NCBI RefSeq assembly: GCF_009914755.1 | Contig: NC_060925.1 | Direction: 5' to 3' (one strand) | Length of the DNA: 64,000 bases | Origin: the human T2T-CHM13v2.0 reference genome, Homo sapiens | In this document: positions 61,471 through 64,000 of the stretch, in pieces | How positions within the stretch are numbered: position 1 is the stretch's first letter | Layout: each line of letters starts with the position of its first letter | Position numbers and translations under genes: made by a program | The notes under the pieces: generated by a model | Database searches by the model: none | Told to the model about the DNA's origin: nothing | Seen by the model: the letters and a program-made list of their open reading frames with translations, nothing else

Positions 61471-62793
61471 TGTCAGTGTCTGCTCCGGGCTACTTCAGTG
61501 TTTGTTCAATGCACGATTAAAAAAAAAAAAAAGAAAGAAAGAAAAGTTGTTGGGGGGGGGGGTAGTGGAGGAGGGAGGAGGGAGAAAGGCGGAGGCTTGG
61601 GGGAGGAAAGCAGGAAGGAAGTTGTGAGCCTGTCTGGGGTTGAACTCAGCGGAACAAGTTTTTCTTTTCTTCTTTTTTTTTTTTTTCTATTGCTTGGCAA
61701 GACGAGGGAGGGAAACACTTAAAAAAAAGTTTCCATTGTTAGCTAACAACAACAAAAAAGGCTTTTAACTTCTGCGGTTTAAAGATATACAATTCATTTT
61801 CCACCCCTCAATCGAGGCTTGCTGATGTGTCTAGCTTTATGAAACTATTTTTGAAAAATGTTTTTAATAAAGTTTTGAGTGTATGTCTTAAACAAAGCAA
61901 ATCATGGGGACCTTTTTAGCATTTAAAAAAGGCTACAATCCTGTATAAACAGTTTGTGTTCTTGTACACAGTTCTGCAAATTCAAAGAAGGTACATTGAG
62001 GTCACCTTCCTGCAGAGTTGCAGGTTTTAAGTGCATCACAGTAGTATTTTGGAAGACTGGTTGGTCTATGAGCTGGGGATGGTTTTGCAGTGCAATTGGT
62101 AGATATATAAATACACCTTTACATGTCACATTTATTTATAAATGCACACGGCACATGTGACATTCGCATATTTTTGCACTTAATTCTCAGAATTATTTTA
62201 AGAAAAAGCATAGTCCTGAAACTAAGAAGGCTTGGGTAACGTCTGAAACCCCTCTTGCTCCTGTAGACCCTTGTAGACTGTCTCCTGTAGACTGGATCAT
62301 TTTCAAGAAACTTTCTCCCCTACTATCAGCAAAAAAGGGAGAAAGAACATCAGCCAACATTACTGGGCAGGGGATCCTACCCCTTCTAAGCCCTGGCACT
62401 GCCAGTGTGTTTTACATAATTCTCTAAATCTTAAACTACAGCATTTAGTGAAAGGAGGGAAAACACAGCTGCACGGCTCAGGAGACTGAAACATCCAAAG
62501 CCTGAATTGGTCCTTATATCATGATTAGCTGAAATTCAGATGGAAATTTTGACTTTACTTGTAGCACACAGATCTCTTGCTTGTTTATGTAACAATACTG
62601 TTAAGTGAGCAAAGCAACCTGCTGCTCCATCAGGAAGAGGCTCATGCTAAATCTGAAATCAAGAGATCTTCTAGCCAAGAATACCTGAGAATCACACACT
62701 GTTGAAAACTTTATAATTTTTAAAAATTAGAAATGGAAGAATTGAACCTAATTACCCTCCTACCCTCAATGGGGCTTTTTTAAAAAAAAGCCC

Positions 62794-63106
<313 letters not shown>

Positions 63107-63689
63107 TTATTCAGGATCTGAGCAGTTCCTAAGAAAGAGAAGCCAGCCCTCTCCTTGACCCTAATTTGGTTCCCTAGGGGCAAAAAAGAGGAGTTGCCAG
63201 TTTTCAGGAGACCCAGTCATTGGAGTTCATGTCTGAGGGGCCTTTGTTCTAGTAGAGGCCAATACCCATGTCAGGTGTCATGGTGGAAGAAACTGAAGGA
63301 CCTAGCAATGCATACATTAAGCACAGACACTTAGCTTCCCAATCCCTGGGAAACCTCACTGCCACCTCACAGCCTGACATCATCAGGCTTCCGTAGCTGA
63401 GAAACTTAGACTTCTTGAATGTGCAGTCAACCTGAAGAATTATTGGTCAGAACGCAGCCAGCAGCTGTCAGGTGTGACATGCAGAAGGGGTTTCTGCCTT
63501 GGGCTCGAGGTGGGGCTAGCTGATGATTCTACCAGTCTAAAATTCTAACTGTGCCACCAAGAGCAACAGGGGTTGGGGAAAAGATGGAATAAAACCCATG
63601 TCTGGAAGCTAGCATAGTGAGCTTGCATCCTGAGAGAGAATCTAGTTGTCTTCCATGATTGTAAATGAACATGAGAAGAATATTTTACA

Positions 63690-63915
63690 TAGTACTTATT
63701 TGCGAGACACTGTTCTAGACACATTATAAATATTTATACATTTTTATCCTCATTAAAAACCCTACGAGGCAGGCATCATTATTATCCTTATTCTACAGAT
63801 GAGAAAATGAAAGCGCAAATGGGTGAGTAGTTTGTCCCCAAATTCCATTGCTGGTAAGTGGCAAAACCAGGATTTGAACCTGTGTAATCTGGGTCTAGAA
63901 TCCATGCTTGTCACT
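63690..63915 (-). mobile_element. MIR SINE
   Basis: tattctacagatgagaaaatgaa...ctggtaagtggcaaaaccaggatttgaacc. Confidence 0.75.
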
Positions 63916-64000
63916 ACTTCTGCATATTGTATAGTTATTATCTATAACCATAGGGAAGGTGTGCCTAACTTTTCAGTTTTCTCTATAACTGTAGGGAAGA

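Overview
Primate (very likely human) genomic DNA containing the 5' part of ITPKB (inositol-trisphosphate 3-kinase B) on the minus strand. The window holds a CpG-island promoter, non-coding exon 1 (donor at 61228/61227) and a very large exon 2 (59850-57714, 2137 nt) carrying the ATG and codons 1-644. The remaining ~57.7 kb is intron 2; the kinase-domain exons lie beyond position 1. Intron 2 contains ~20 Alus, L1, L2, MIR and CR1 fragments, MER DNA-transposon relics, an MLT2A solo LTR, microsatellites and an orphan CpG island. Main observations: (i) a cryptic acceptor at 30102/30101 followed immediately by TGA, giving a kinase-less 644-aa isoform with Alu-tail poly(A) signals; (ii) a 5'UTR with a start-stop element, a short uORF, and an overlapping uORF that stops 2 nt before in-frame Met14; (iii) an intragenic CpG island with a perfect GTCACGTGAC motif and a strong downstream donor; (iv) two tightly spaced inverted Alu clusters; (v) a sense-oriented MLT2A LTR split by an Alu; (vi) an A14/T14 inverted repeat at the promoter. 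I found no prokaryotic-type system (CRISPR, operon) and no foreign insert. Repeat family names come from recognising consensus sequence by eye; boundaries of old repeats are approximate.
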